From an uncultured Candidatus Saccharibacteria bacterium (lineage in GTDB: Bacteria > Patescibacteriota > Doudnabacteria > UBA920): a DNA stretch of 64,000 bases. The notes beneath the pieces are model-generated. The model saw only the letters and a list, made by a program, of their open reading frames with translations, was not told where the DNA came from and searched no databases. The stretch covers positions 8 through 64,007 of the forward strand of contig CAZHIA010000007.1 in NCBI GenBank assembly GCA_964532425.1. Direction: 5' to 3'. Of the stretch, positions 1 to 10,386 are shown piece after piece; the first letter of the stretch is position 1; each line of letters starts with the position of its first letter. A program made the translations under genes and the position numbers.

Positions 1-161
1 TTACTTAACAAACTGCTTGTTGCCTGTTCCATTTGACTAGGTATGCCCCTCAGGCGGCTCTTGACAAAGTGGTTGGTATTATGTATACTATCCCGTTAAT
101 CTTTCGAGGGTATTTTCTCGAGATTACTGGTGTTTTGACATCTTCTCAGGAGGAAAAGACG

Positions 162-1208
162 ATGAGAAAATCGATGGTTTTTGGAACGCTGCTTGCAGCG
201 AGTGTGCCTGCTTTGGCGCAGGCAAAAACAGCAACGCCTGGAACAGTTAAGGCCTGTTTTGTTCTGTTGGCCTTTCTAATTGTTGTTGGAGTAGTATCGT
301 CGTTTCGTAGCATGTGGAAAGAGGCTGCGGAGCGAAGCAAAAATCTCGCGGCTCGGGATGAAGCCCAGGCTGCTGCCCGGGCTGCCGTACAGAAGGTCTC
401 TGATCGTATGCGGCAAGAGCAGGATGATCCCCGTCAGCTCGCGCCGCGCTTGGAAGCTCTGCTGAAGATGTTGTGCCCGAGTAGTCAGGAACAACTAAAA
501 GTTGCCTGGCAAAACTACCTCAGCGCGCGGTTGGCTGTAAACTTTTCGTACCAGACGCTCTGCGGGGGTAGTTTTAACCCTAACGATAAGCGGCTGTTCG
601 CCTCGTTCTACGAGTCGATCGTGTCGTGGTGCAGTAGTCTGACCGTCAAAATCGAGAAAGCGGCGGAGGCCTATCGTAGCTTCGAGGAACTGCTCACCAA
701 GCAGGAACGCAGAATTCTGTATTTGGAAGAAACGATCAAAGAGCTGCAGGCTGAGGCTGTACAGATCAGCGGACAGCTCGACGGTACCGTGCCTGCCTTC
801 GTGCATGATGCGATGTCTAAAACGATGGCCTCGCTTGGTGTGGCTGGGGCGGTTCTGGGCCGGGACAGGGGTGCGGCGATTATCCTTCTTCAGGAAGTGA
901 CGGAAATCCTGTACCTGGTTCGCACGGGCACCGAAGCCCAGCGGAACAGCACGGAACAACTGAACAAGTTTGTCCAAGACGCCGTGGATTTTGCGGAGAG
1001 CGTTCGCGGCCAACTCGCTGCATTCGCTGATTGCGGCGACCAGGCCCGTGAGCTGTTCGCGGTAGCGGAACAGGATCTCGCTGAACTCCAATCGGAGGGA
1101 CGGCTGTCGATCAGGGAGCTGGTCGCAAGCGACCTCAGGATCCATGCCGCCGCGGCTTTGGAGGCAGCCAAGAATCAGAGTCCTACTCCGGCTGAGACGG
1201 TTGCGTAG
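162..1208 (+). CDS. Hypothetical secreted or membrane coiled-coil protein. Start refined to the internal Met (MRKSMVFGTLLAASVPALAQA signal-like N-terminus).
   Basis: AGGAGG lies 8 nt upstream of the ATG at 162. Hydrophobic N-terminus. Long helical, charged body. Ends at a rho-independent terminator. Confidence 0.5.
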   Translation: MRKSMVFGTLLAASVPALAQAKTATPGTVKACFVLLAFLIVVGVVSSFRSMWKEAAERSKNLAARDEAQAAARAAVQKVSDRMRQEQDDPRQLAPRLEALLKMLCPSSQEQLKVAWQNYLSARLAVNFSYQTLCGGSFNPNDKRLFASFYESIVSWCSSLTVKIEKAAEAYRSFEELLTKQERRILYLEETIKELQAEAVQISGQLDGTVPAFVHDAMSKTMASLGVAGAVLGRDRGAAIILLQEVTEILYLVRTGTEAQRNSTEQLNKFVQDAVDFAESVRGQLAAFADCGDQARELFAVAEQDLAELQSEGRLSIRELVASDLRIHAAAALEAAKNQSPTPAETVA

Positions 1209-1244
1209 GTTCGTCTAGCCGAAGTGCTCATCGAAAAACTTGAA

Positions 1245-1275
1245 CCGGCCATCCTGGAAAGGATGGCCGGTTTTT
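1245..1275 (+). terminator. Rho-independent terminator: CCGGCCATCC-TGGAAA-GGATGGCCGG followed by TTTTT.
   Basis: Perfect 10-bp stem plus T-tract directly after the stop of the 162..1208 gene. Confidence 0.75.
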
Positions 1276-1350
1276 AATTTGCAGATTTAAACAATTGAGG
1301 TGTGTCAGTGAGTGCTTATTCGCACGAATAAGCACTTAGGGGGAGTAAAA

Positions 1351-1384
1351 CAAAAAAATACCCGGAAGCATTGCTGCTTCCGGG
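1351..1384 (-). terminator. Rho-independent terminator for the minus-strand gene ending at 1400: CCCGGAAGCA-TTGC-TGCTTCCGGG with T-tract on the minus strand.
   Basis: 10-bp stem. The A-run on the plus strand is a T-run on the minus strand immediately downstream of the stop. Confidence 0.7.
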
Positions 1385-1399
1385 CGGTGTGTGTTGTGC

Positions 1400-2659
1400 T
1401 TACTTACTTTCTTCCTCCGGTTCTTCGGTGAGTACTCGGCTGGCGCGCAGGCGGTCCTGGCGCTGGCGAAGCTCGTCAGCCATGGTGCAGAACTGGTCAA
1501 TGGCCTGAGTGGCCTGGGTCATGCCGGTGTGACTGGCTTCTTCCAGGTCTTCCATTGCCTGGATCATTTTTTGTTGGGCGGCCCGGTGCCGTTCCATGGT
1601 CACAGTCGGATTATAGTAGATCTGGGCTGCTGCTGCCGCGCCCTTGGTTGCCAGGTCCACGGTTAGCGCTTCGGCTTCAGCCACTCCTTCACTGGCAGCG
1701 GTCTGGGCTTTCGAGGCGCGCGCCAGGTTGCCATGCGCCTGCGTGATGGCTTGGGCCATGGGCAGGTACGAGGTGGTTACCATGGCGGTTTGGTTCAGTG
1801 ACTCGGCTACTTTGCATTCGGCATCAATGGTCAGGTCTGTGGCAGCTAAACCTTGCTGCATCAGGTACTCGGCTTCCCTGAGTTTCATGACCTTGACTGT
1901 CAGCCGCTCGACCGCTGTTTGTAAGCGGCCGCGCAATCGTTCCTGATCAGCGGACAGACCGCGGGCAGTTTCAACGAGTTGTTGCACCAGCAATTCCATG
2001 GTGTATGCCCGTTGCTGGACGCGGAGCTGGTCATTGGCCACCACGATGTCATACATCCGTGACAATTCCGTGCTGTCACTGAGGAGCTGCGAAGCGTTGG
2101 CTTCGAGGCTGTCGCGAATGGCTACGATTTGTTCGCGCGTAGTCTCGCGCTGCCGTTCGAACTCACGCAGTCCCGACTGCATCCAAAAATCGGCGAGTGA
2201 TTCGCCCATAAGAGGAACTTTGGACAACATCTTGCCGAAAGTGCTTTGGGTGGCCGGATCGGGATGTAATTCTTCCAGGGATTTGCGGAGCTTACCGACA
2301 GCGGTCGGAATTTCAGTCGAAACGCCCCTCAGCCTTTTGGACGTTTTGTGGATCCGCTCCTCGAGGAACGAGATCCGCTCGTTGACCAACGCGGTTTCTT
2401 CGTTTCCGATCTCCTCGATCTGCATGAAGAAGGTACGCGAGTGGGCCGACTGAACTATGGAGCCGGCGAGTGTGTCCGTTTCCTGCCGGAGCCGGGCGTC
2501 ATCCGCTTCGGCCAGTTGCTCCGGCCGTTTTGGCGTAATGGCTTTGGTCGCATGTCCGGTTTCCGGCAGTAAAGTTGCGGGGAGAGCCGGAGCGAGGGGT
2601 GGAATGATTTGCAGCGATTCCTGCTGTTTTTCAGCTGGGGAATTATCCTGGCTTGACAT
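1400..2659 (-). CDS. All-alpha coiled-coil protein, possibly TelA-like (toxic anion resistance family). Start refined to MSSQDN.
   Basis: AAGGAGGA lies 5 nt upstream of the ATG at 2659 on the minus strand. About 419 aa, rich in Q/E/R/A/L heptads. The TelA assignment is a weak pattern guess only. Confidence 0.5.
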   Translation of the reverse strand: MSSQDNSPAEKQQESLQIIPPLAPALPATLLPETGHATKAITPKRPEQLAEADDARLRQETDTLAGSIVQSAHSRTFFMQIEEIGNEETALVNERISFLEERIHKTSKRLRGVSTEIPTAVGKLRKSLEELHPDPATQSTFGKMLSKVPLMGESLADFWMQSGLREFERQRETTREQIVAIRDSLEANASQLLSDSTELSRMYDIVVANDQLRVQQRAYTMELLVQQLVETARGLSADQERLRGRLQTAVERLTVKVMKLREAEYLMQQGLAATDLTIDAECKVAESLNQTAMVTTSYLPMAQAITQAHGNLARASKAQTAASEGVAEAEALTVDLATKGAAAAAQIYYNPTVTMERHRAAQQKMIQAMEDLEEASHTGMTQATQAIDQFCTMADELRQRQDRLRASRVLTEEPEEESK

Positions 2660-2976
2660 GGGTATCCTCCTTGTGTTGTAAACAGTAAAAATCCGGTATC
2701 TCAATATTCCGTCGCAGAGGCGACGTTATGAGCTCACTAACATAGTACATTTGACGGATTTTGTCAACCGTAAATTTTTTTATTGTTGTTTTGCTCTTGA
2801 CGAAAAAAATAAAATTTGCTAGTCTGGACTGTCCATCTTGTTTGGCTTCAAAGCCAACATTGTTGATGGATACAAGATTTTTGCAGGAGGCTTTCCGGAG
2901 CGGATGTGCCCATAAGGGCAGGTCCGTATTTCGGATGATCTTTAACAAATCAATACAGCACTTAGGAGAGTGCCCT

Positions 2977-3702
2977 ATGGTAGAGCTGTTGTTGTGGTAC
3001 AATCTGCCGTTCGTGCTGCCGTTCGTTGCGGCGCTTGGCTATATTCTACTCCTGGCATCAGGAGCGGTTTCCGCCGGGCACGGCGGAGAGGCAGAAGTCG
3101 ACGTTGGTCACGATGTTGATGTTGGCGATGCCGATGCGGACATGGATCATGATCTGGGTGTGGAGCACGACAGCGATGTCGGCCACGATCACGATCATGA
3201 CGCCGGTGAGCAGAGCTCGTTCGGTAAAGTGTTGGGCTTGCTGGGCGTGGGGAAGACCCCGACCAGCATTGTCTACATTTCATGGTGCCTCATTTGGGGC
3301 TTTGTCGGCTACGCGGCCAATGTGCTACTGGCGCCGGTCCTCCGGTTCCCCGGGGTTTTTTTCTGGGGTTCGGTAGCCGCTGCGCTCTTCGCCTCAATCA
3401 TGCTGACTGGTGCGCTCGCGCGCATTATCGGCCGGTTGATGCCGTCCACGGAAACGTATGTAACTCAGACCCAGGAACTGGTAGGCTGCTCCGGTGTTGC
3501 CGAGCTGGCTATCAACGAGACCTTCGGAAGGGCTCAGGTCTATGACCGGTTCCGCAATCTTCACGCTGTTCCATGCGTGGTGCGGCCCGGACAGGATCCG
3601 ATCGCAAAAGACGCCGAGGTTGTTTTAACCGGTTACGATCGGAGTGGTGGTCGATTCTATGCCAGCCTTGCAAAAAAAGCTGGCGCAGGACTCGGCCGCT
3701 AA
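2977..3702 (+). CDS. NfeD/YqiJ-like membrane protein with an N-terminal TM region, a His/Asp-rich acidic insert and a C-terminal OB-fold-like domain.
   Basis: TAGGAGAG RBS before the ATG at 2977. Several TM helices. The insert HDVDVGDADADMDHDLGVEHDSDVGHDHDHD. Located immediately upstream of a flotillin gene, as in the E. coli yqiJ-yqiK arrangement. Confidence 0.6.
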   Translation: MVELLLWYNLPFVLPFVAALGYILLLASGAVSAGHGGEAEVDVGHDVDVGDADADMDHDLGVEHDSDVGHDHDHDAGEQSSFGKVLGLLGVGKTPTSIVYISWCLIWGFVGYAANVLLAPVLRFPGVFFWGSVAAALFASIMLTGALARIIGRLMPSTETYVTQTQELVGCSGVAELAINETFGRAQVYDRFRNLHAVPCVVRPGQDPIAKDAEVVLTGYDRSGGRFYASLAKKAGAGLGR

Positions 3703-3746
3703 GCGGTAAACAATGCAGTTGAATACAGAAGTACCAGGAGAAAAGT

Positions 3747-5855
3747 ATGGCTTCCCGAAACCCGTATCCCGATGAGCAGCCCTATGCGCAGGCTCAGGTC
3801 CCGGCCCATCGTCCCCGGAAGAAGTCTTCCGGCGCAGGCCTGGGAGTAATCATGGTCTTGTTTTCGCTGATCTTCATCGTCGGCCCGTTTGCGGCCCCGA
3901 TCAAGATCGACAGCTTAAGCCGGCTCATTCTGCTTGGCTTTGGCGTGCTCACGCTGCTCATTGGCAGCATCATTTTGGTCATCACGCGGCTCTACATGAA
4001 GGCTTCGGCGAACGAAGCGTTCGTCAAGACCGGCATGGGCGGCCGCAAGGCTATCATCGACGGCGGCGCCATTGTGGTGCCGGTCGTGCATGAAGTCATT
4101 TGGGTGAGCCTCGAGACTATGAAACTCGAGATCATTAAGATGGCCAAAGATGCGTTGCTGACCATGGACAAGCTGCGTGCCGACATTCGCGCCGAGTTCT
4201 TCATTCGCGTGGAGAAAACGCAAGAAGGTGTGTTGCAGGCAGCGACCTCCCTTGGCGACCGGTGCAGTGAGCCGGCGGCGGTCAAACAACTGGTGGAAGC
4301 CAAGCTGGTTTCCGCTCTGCGCGTCGTGGCTGCGACGATGAATCTCGAGGACCTCAACAAGAACCGTGATAAGTTCGCGGAAGAGGTACAGAAGATTGTC
4401 CAGAACGACATCAAGCATAACGGCTACATGCTGGAAACCGTGACCATTTCGCACTTGGACCAGGCGCCGAAAGACACGCTCGATCCCGAGAATAACGTGT
4501 TCGACGCTGAAGGCGCGCGCAACATGGCGGCCAAGATCCAGGTTCAACTGACCGAGAAGACCGAGATCGAACAGAAGCAGGCGGTCGCTCGCGTAAAGCT
4601 GAAGGCTGCTGCCGAGCAGGAAACCAAGCAGCGCGAAGTCGAGAAGAACGAGTTCATCTTCCAGCAGGACGTCGCCAACACGAAGGCCCAGCAGGACACC
4701 GAGCTGCAGAAGAAGCAGATTCAAGCCGAAACGGCCCGCAAGACTGCTGAAGTCGAAGCGGAAAATACGGCTGCATCAGAAGCGGTGAGGGCCCAGAAAG
4801 GCCGTGAAGCGCAGGAAGCCAAGATCATCGCGGAACAGGCTGTCCAGCTTCGTAACGTGGCCAAGGAACAGGCCGTGCAAGTAGCGAACACGGTTAAGGA
4901 AAAAGAAGTTCAGGCCGCACAGATCGATCGCGATACGCTGATCAAGACCAAGACCGTCGAACAGCAGAAAGACATCGAGACGGCTACGGTCGAAAAGCAG
5001 AAGGCAGTGGAAGTCGCCAAGCGCAACCAGGAAATCACGATTGCGACCAAGGAGCAGGAACTTGCCGCCGCTGCAGCCGCTAAGCTGACCGCCGAAGCCG
5101 ATCGTGAACGGGCCAACCAGGCCAAGCTTACGGTCGAGAAGGAAGGTGAAGCCCAGCGTGCCAAGACAGTTGTGGTCATCAACAAACAGGCCGAAGCCGA
5201 ATCTCGGCAGATTGAGCAGCAAACGCAGGTAAACGTCGAGGCGTATCGCACGACCAAGCTTGCCGAAGCTGAACAGCTTGCTGCGGAGAAGACGGCGACG
5301 GCTGTCCGTACGAAGGCTGAAGCCGATCGTGACGCCAAGCAGATGGCAGCGGCTGGCGATCAGGCTGTTGCGTTGGTGCCGGTCCAGGTCAAGCAGGCCG
5401 AGGTCGATGTCGAAGCCAAGCGGGTCACGGTCCTCAAGTCCGAACTCGAAGCCAAGACAGCCAACGAGAAGATGGCGTTCGATCTGCAGGTCAAGTTGGC
5501 CGAGATCGCGGCCGACCGCGATGTTCGCATGAAGGCTGCCGAGTCTCTCGGCGCCGCCTTAAGTGGTGCGAATATGACCATTTGGGGCGACCAGCGGACC
5601 CTGGAGCAGATCTCGGGGGCGTTCTACGCCGGCCAGCAAAAGGGCAAGTTCATCGAAGGGGTTGCCAATGCCACGCCGGCTGACGTCAAGGAAGCGGTGT
5701 TCGATTCCGTCGAGCGCATCTCCGGGGCAGTCTCCAATCTGGCCAAAAACATGTTCGGCAAGGATATCTCGCCGGACATGATCGCAACGCTGGTTAACGC
5801 GGAGCTGGAGAAGCAGCGTACCGGTGCGCCGGCCGCGGCATCCGCCAAGGCGTGA
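3747..5855 (+). CDS. Flotillin-like SPFH/Band-7 protein (YqiK/FloT family) with an unusually long E/A/K/Q-rich coiled-coil tail (702 aa).
   Basis: N-terminal TM hairpin, an SPFH-like segment (IIDGGAIVVPVVHEVIWVSLETMKLE...) and a long EA-repeat region. AGGAG RBS. Terminator follows. Confidence 0.8.
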   Translation: MASRNPYPDEQPYAQAQVPAHRPRKKSSGAGLGVIMVLFSLIFIVGPFAAPIKIDSLSRLILLGFGVLTLLIGSIILVITRLYMKASANEAFVKTGMGGRKAIIDGGAIVVPVVHEVIWVSLETMKLEIIKMAKDALLTMDKLRADIRAEFFIRVEKTQEGVLQAATSLGDRCSEPAAVKQLVEAKLVSALRVVAATMNLEDLNKNRDKFAEEVQKIVQNDIKHNGYMLETVTISHLDQAPKDTLDPENNVFDAEGARNMAAKIQVQLTEKTEIEQKQAVARVKLKAAAEQETKQREVEKNEFIFQQDVANTKAQQDTELQKKQIQAETARKTAEVEAENTAASEAVRAQKGREAQEAKIIAEQAVQLRNVAKEQAVQVANTVKEKEVQAAQIDRDTLIKTKTVEQQKDIETATVEKQKAVEVAKRNQEITIATKEQELAAAAAAKLTAEADRERANQAKLTVEKEGEAQRAKTVVVINKQAEAESRQIEQQTQVNVEAYRTTKLAEAEQLAAEKTATAVRTKAEADRDAKQMAAAGDQAVALVPVQVKQAEVDVEAKRVTVLKSELEAKTANEKMAFDLQVKLAEIAADRDVRMKAAESLGAALSGANMTIWGDQRTLEQISGAFYAGQQKGKFIEGVANATPADVKEAVFDSVERISGAVSNLAKNMFGKDISPDMIATLVNAELEKQRTGAPAAASAKA

Positions 5856-5887
5856 ACCAGAGTTGAGTGCTCGTATTGATTGACAGT

Positions 5888-5924
5888 GCCCGTCCTCCGA
5901 TGTTGGGGGACGGGCTTTTCTTTT
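5888..5924 (+). terminator. Rho-independent terminator GCCCGTCC...GGACGGGC + TTTTCTTTT after the flotillin gene.
   Basis: 8-bp GC stem followed by a T-tract. Confidence 0.7.
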
Positions 5925-6002
5925 GAGATGGCGAATGCGTTAAGCCTTGACACGAAGACGATTTTTCAGTAACCTGAGTGGAAGCCAAAAGGAGGGTAAG
6001 TC

Positions 6003-6755
6003 ATGACAGTTCAGGAAGAAAAGCCAATAGGCGAGACAGGATGGGAACAGCAGGCTGCTGCAGACATAAAACGGTTGGCTACGAGCGAACCGAGGATGGT
6101 GTTTCAACGGACGCCCGCTATTGAACGCGCGTTTACGCTGTCCGGTCGGCTGCTGTGCTGCGGAGATGAGGGTGTACCGCACGGGGTGCACCTGCCGGGT
6201 TCCGGCGTGCTGCTGCCTCTGGAAGAATTGAAGGCGGTAGTGGCAGCTGCTGGCATCGAGGAGTTAACCTCGCACGACAACTGCGGGGCTTACCGGATGA
6301 AGTTCCCGGGCGACCAAAATCCCAATCGCGGCGCGGAAGAGTGGGGGAGAAGGACCGCTTCCTTGCTGGGGATCAAACATCGCCATATTACCGCAGCGGG
6401 CATGGATCGCCCGGTCAGCCTGCATGCGGCAACCTGCGTGTACTACGATGGGACGGGATCGTTTAATCGAATCCCCGGATTGCCGAGCGGGTTCGTGGTG
6501 AGCCGAAGGTTTTCTCCGACTGGCTTGCAGGACTTGCAGCGATATCTCAGCATAGCGTTCGGTGAACATGGACTCGGTGATCGGCTTACGCCGCGGCAAC
6601 CGTTCCATGTCATTGTTCTGCCACACCCGACCGACCTGGGTTTGTCGCATAAAGTGCTCTCAAGAGAGGCGGTGCAGGCAGTTGTTCCGTACGGCCGCCG
6701 CGTGAGAGTCGGCGTGGTCAAGACCGGCTGGCATATGCGCAATCTTGCGCAGTGA
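6003..6755 (+). CDS. Hypothetical protein (250 aa), no family recognised.
   Basis: AAAGGAGGG RBS 6 nt before the ATG. Clean ORF between two terminators. Confidence 0.55.
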   Translation: MTVQEEKPIGETGWEQQAAADIKRLATSEPRMVFQRTPAIERAFTLSGRLLCCGDEGVPHGVHLPGSGVLLPLEELKAVVAAAGIEELTSHDNCGAYRMKFPGDQNPNRGAEEWGRRTASLLGIKHRHITAAGMDRPVSLHAATCVYYDGTGSFNRIPGLPSGFVVSRRFSPTGLQDLQRYLSIAFGEHGLGDRLTPRQPFHVIVLPHPTDLGLSHKVLSREAVQAVVPYGRRVRVGVVKTGWHMRNLAQ

Positions 6756-6775
6756 CGTGTCTTATATCCTAATGG

Positions 6776-6809
6776 CCAGATACCGTAGTTGCGGTGTCTG
6801 GTCTTTTTA
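6776..6809 (+). terminator. Rho-independent terminator CCAGATACCG-TAGTTG-CGGTGTCTGG + TCTTTTTA.
   Basis: 10-bp stem with a G.T wobble, then a T-tract. Confidence 0.65.
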
Positions 6810-6958
6810 TTTGTGAATCTTTAAAGACGGAAATGCTGCCCGCCCTTATAGGAGATGGGTTGGTGGTCCGCTAGGGGGTTGTGCGTAGCAGAGAATCTTT
6901 AAATCTTTCTATTTTTCAATCTTTAAATTTAGTCCCCGTTGGGCGGGGTCTTGGGTCC

Positions 6959-6987
6959 TTGACCTCTCTTGACAGGCATGGTAGAAT
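6959..6987 (+). promoter_or_regulatory. Putative sigma70 promoter for uvrA: TTGACC, a 17-nt spacer, then TAGAAT.
   Basis: Near-consensus hexamers with optimal spacing, about 220 nt upstream of the uvrA ATG. Confidence 0.5.
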
Positions 6988-7205
6988 GAGGACTGCTTAT
7001 ATCTCTATAAATAATCCCGGCTGATTTTAGAGTAGTTTCGAAATTTTCTTCCCTGTTTCGGCGTCATTCTGAGGGAGTGCATCCGACCGAAGAATCTCAT
7101 TTGAGATCCTTCGCCCTTCAGATGCATTCAGGACTCAGGATGACGCCAGAACAGGATTTGAGAACAGACTCTAATATTACCGTCTGAAGCTGATAATAAT
7201 TCTTT

Positions 7206-10055
7206 ATGGACAACAATAAAATTTCTATCCGCGGAGCGCGGCAGCACAATCTGAAGAATGTGGATGTCGATCTGCCCCGCAACAAACTGATCGTCATGAC
7301 CGGGTTGTCCGGCAGCGGCAAGTCGTCTTTGGCGTTCGATACCATTTATGCCGAAGGCCAGCGCCGCTATGTGGAATCCCTGTCCGCGTATGCCCGCCAG
7401 TTCATCGGGCTCATGGATAAGCCGGATGTGGACAAAATAGAGGGCCTTTCCCCGGCCATTTCCATCGACCAGAAATCCGCCAGCCATAACCCGCGCTCGA
7501 CCGTGGGTACGGTGACGGAAATTTACGATTACATGCGCTTGCTCTACGCCCGCATTGGCATCCCGCACTGCCCGGTCTGCGGTAAGAAAATAGCCGGTCA
7601 GACCATTCAGTCTATGGTTGACCAGCTTTTGGCTTTCCCTGAAGCCACGCGCGTCATTCTGCTTGCCCCGTTCATCAAGGACCAGAAAGGCGAGCACAAG
7701 GTTATCTTCGAACAGATCAAGCGCGCCGGGTTCGCCCGCGTGCGCGTAGACGGCGTACTGATGGATTTGGCCGAAGCCCAGCGTTTGAATTTGGACAAGC
7801 AGAAGAAGCACAGTATTGACGTGGTAGTGGATCGTCTTTCCATCTCCAAACAGGACAAGGGCAGAATTGCCGAAAGTTTGGAAAAAGCCGTTGACCTGGG
7901 CGATGGTATTGCCATGGTGCTTGTGATGAAAGGGGATAAAGCGGAAAAGGAACTCACCTTGTCGCAAAAGTTTGCCTGTCCGGACGGACACATTCAGCTT
8001 TCTGAACTTGATCCGCGCGATTTTTCCTTTAACAGCCCGCATGGTGCCTGTCCGGAATGCAAGGGTCTCGGGACCAAGCTGACGGTGGAACCTGACCTGG
8101 TCATCCCGAATCCCAAACTGACCCTGGCCGAAGGAGCCATCCGTCCCTGGAGCAAGACTACCTCGCGCCTGTCCTGGTACAGCCGCATTATGCAGGCTGT
8201 GGCCAAGGAATATGGTTTTTCCGTTAACACCCCGGTCAAGGACCTGCCTAAAAAGTTTGTGGATGTTATTCTGTACGGCACCGGCGACAAGAAGGTTAAG
8301 GTGGCGGGGGAATTTACCACGCGCGAAGGCGAATTTGAAATGATGACTGCGTTTGAAGGTGTTATCGGCAATTTGGAACGCCGCTACAAGGAGACGGATT
8401 CCGACTATATGCGCGGCGAGATCGAGAACTACATGCGCATCCGCACCTGCCAGGTCTGCCATGGCAAGCGCCTCAAGCCCGAAGTGCTCGGTGTGACTGT
8501 AGGGGACTGCAACATCGTGGATGTTTCCAATATGACCATCGAAAAAACGGCGGACTTTTTCAATACGCTCCCGAAGAAAATTTCGGGCAAGGACCAGGAA
8601 ATAGCCAAGCAGGTCTTAAAGGAGATTAACGCGCGCCTGTCGTTCCTTTTAAATGTTGGCTTGTCATACCTGTCGCTTGACCGCACCGCAGACACCTTGT
8701 CCGGCGGGGAAGCGCAGCGCATTCGTTTGGCTACCCAAATAGGCTCCGGCCTGACCGGTGTCCTCTATATATTAGACGAACCATCCATCGGCTTGCACCA
8801 GCGCGACAACGGCCGCTTGCTGCAGACACTCAAGGATTTGCGTGATTTGGGTAATACTGTCATTGTCGTCGAACACGATGAAGAGACCATCCGCGAGGCT
8901 GACTGGGTCGTGGACATTGGGCCGGGTGCCGGCAAGCACGGCGGGGAAATTGTGGCCGAAGGAACACCCAAGCAGATTGAGAAGGACACCAAGAGCGTGA
9001 CCGGGCAGTATTTGTCCGGCAAGGAAATGATCGAGGTGCCCAAACGCCGCCGTCCGGGCAATGGCCGCAAAATTTCCGTAGTCGGAGCCGAAGAGTTTAA
9101 TTTAAAAAATGTCAGCGTAGACATCCCGCTTGGGAAATTCGTCTGCGTGACTGGTGTGTCCGGTAGCGGCAAATCCACCTTGTTCAATGATATTCTGGCC
9201 AAAGCCCTCTATAAATACTTCTGGGGCAGCAAGGACGAGCCGGGCAAGCACAAAAAGATTTTGGGCATGGAGCATATCGACAAGATCATCAACATTGACC
9301 AGAGTCCTATTGGCCGCACGCCGCGGTCGAATCCGGCCACCTATACCGGACTGTTCACGCCCATTCGCGAACTGTTTGCGGATACGCGCGAGGCGCGCAT
9401 GCGCGGCTACAAGGCCGGGCGCTTCTCGTTCAACGTTAAAGGCGGACGCTGCGAACGCTGCGCCGGCGACGGCGTGCTGCGCGTGGAAATGAACTTCTTG
9501 CCTGATGTCTATATTACCTGTGAGGAGTGCCACGGTAAGCGCTATAACCGCGAGGCGCTGGAGATCCACTATAAAGAACGGACCATTTCTGATGTTCTGG
9601 ATATGACCGTAGACGAGGCTAAGACCTTCTTCGCTTCGGTGCCGGCCTTGTTTAAGAAGCTGGAAATTTTGTCGCAGGTCGGTCTGGGTTACATGCGCCT
9701 CGGTCAGAATGCCACGACCCTGTCCGGCGGTGAGGCCCAGCGCATTAAGCTGGCTACGGAACTTTCGCGCGCCAGCACGGGCCGTACCTTGTATCTTCTG
9801 GATGAGCCGACCACCGGGTTGCACTTTGCCGATGTGAAGAGGTTGATCCACGTTTTGAACCGCCTTGTCGACAAAGGCAACACGGTTGTGGTCATCGAGC
9901 ACAATCTGGATATGATCAAGACTGCGGACTGGATTGTTGACCTCGGACCCGAGGGAGGGGACAAGGGCGGGACCATCGTGGCCACCGGCACGCCTGAAGA
10001 CATTGCTAAAGTAAAGGCGAGCTACACGGGGCAGTATCTGAAAAGCATACTATAG
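7206..10055 (+). CDS. uvrA: Excinuclease ABC subunit A (UvrA).
   Basis: 949 aa. Two ABC ATPase modules with Walker A ([24 protein letters not shown]), LSGGE signatures and zinc-finger Cys pairs. N-terminus [24 protein letters not shown] is typical of UvrA. Confidence 0.96.
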   Translation: MDNNKISIRGARQHNLKNVDVDLPRNKLIVMTGLSGSGKSSLAFDTIYAEGQRRYVESLSAYARQFIGLMDKPDVDKIEGLSPAISIDQKSASHNPRSTVGTVTEIYDYMRLLYARIGIPHCPVCGKKIAGQTIQSMVDQLLAFPEATRVILLAPFIKDQKGEHKVIFEQIKRAGFARVRVDGVLMDLAEAQRLNLDKQKKHSIDVVVDRLSISKQDKGRIAESLEKAVDLGDGIAMVLVMKGDKAEKELTLSQKFACPDGHIQLSELDPRDFSFNSPHGACPECKGLGTKLTVEPDLVIPNPKLTLAEGAIRPWSKTTSRLSWYSRIMQAVAKEYGFSVNTPVKDLPKKFVDVILYGTGDKKVKVAGEFTTREGEFEMMTAFEGVIGNLERRYKETDSDYMRGEIENYMRIRTCQVCHGKRLKPEVLGVTVGDCNIVDVSNMTIEKTADFFNTLPKKISGKDQEIAKQVLKEINARLSFLLNVGLSYLSLDRTADTLSGGEAQRIRLATQIGSGLTGVLYILDEPSIGLHQRDNGRLLQTLKDLRDLGNTVIVVEHDEETIREADWVVDIGPGAGKHGGEIVAEGTPKQIEKDTKSVTGQYLSGKEMIEVPKRRRPGNGRKISVVGAEEFNLKNVSVDIPLGKFVCVTGVSGSGKSTLFNDILAKALYKYFWGSKDEPGKHKKILGMEHIDKIINIDQSPIGRTPRSNPATYTGLFTPIRELFADTREARMRGYKAGRFSFNVKGGRCERCAGDGVLRVEMNFLPDVYITCEECHGKRYNREALEIHYKERTISDVLDMTVDEAKTFFASVPALFKKLEILSQVGLGYMRLGQNATTLSGGEAQRIKLATELSRASTGRTLYLLDEPTTGLHFADVKRLIHVLNRLVDKGNTVVVIEHNLDMIKTADWIVDLGPEGGDKGGTIVATGTPEDIAKVKASYTGQYLKSIL

Positions 10056-10386
10056 TGAAATAGAGAATTAGAGAACTAGTGAACTAGAGAAATAGTAAAC
10101 TAGAAAAGCGAAAAGTAGAACACGGATAAACACTGATAAAATACAAACTGATTAACACAGATAAACCGCCTCGACAATCTGATCGGGGTGGTTTTGTAGA
10201 GCAGGCCCATGGCCTGCATGTGTAGGGGCGGGTCGCTACCCGCCCTTTTGCATTGTCATTGCGAGTCGTTTAAGGGCTTTGGCTTAAACGGCGTGGCAAT
10301 CTCTTTCATCTGGTGTAGATTGCTTTGTCAACAAGTCAAAACCCTTGCTTCTTCACAATGACAAGCAAATTATCTCATATATGCTA

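Noticed and set aside
6003-6755. Beta-carbonic-anhydrase-like assignment for the 250-aa protein, based on the SHDNCGA motif
   Set aside because: The upstream CxDxR motif is absent (CCGDEG instead) and the spacing does not fit. It was kept as hypothetical.
7140-7205. Possible LexA/SOS box upstream of uvrA (AGAACAGGATTTGAGAACAGA)
   Set aside because: It is a direct, not inverted, repeat of AGAACAG and matches neither the CTGT-N8-ACAG nor the CGAAC-N4-GTTCG consensus.
7128-8462. 444-aa ORF antisense to uvrA, and similar long antisense frames such as 3915..4724, 23598..24716, 50817..51389 and 48681..49331
   Set aside because: These are shadow ORFs on the opposite strand of strongly supported genes (uvrA, flotillin, the giant surface protein, topA, ndh). 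They have no RBS and are low-complexity Arg/Gly/His-rich translations.
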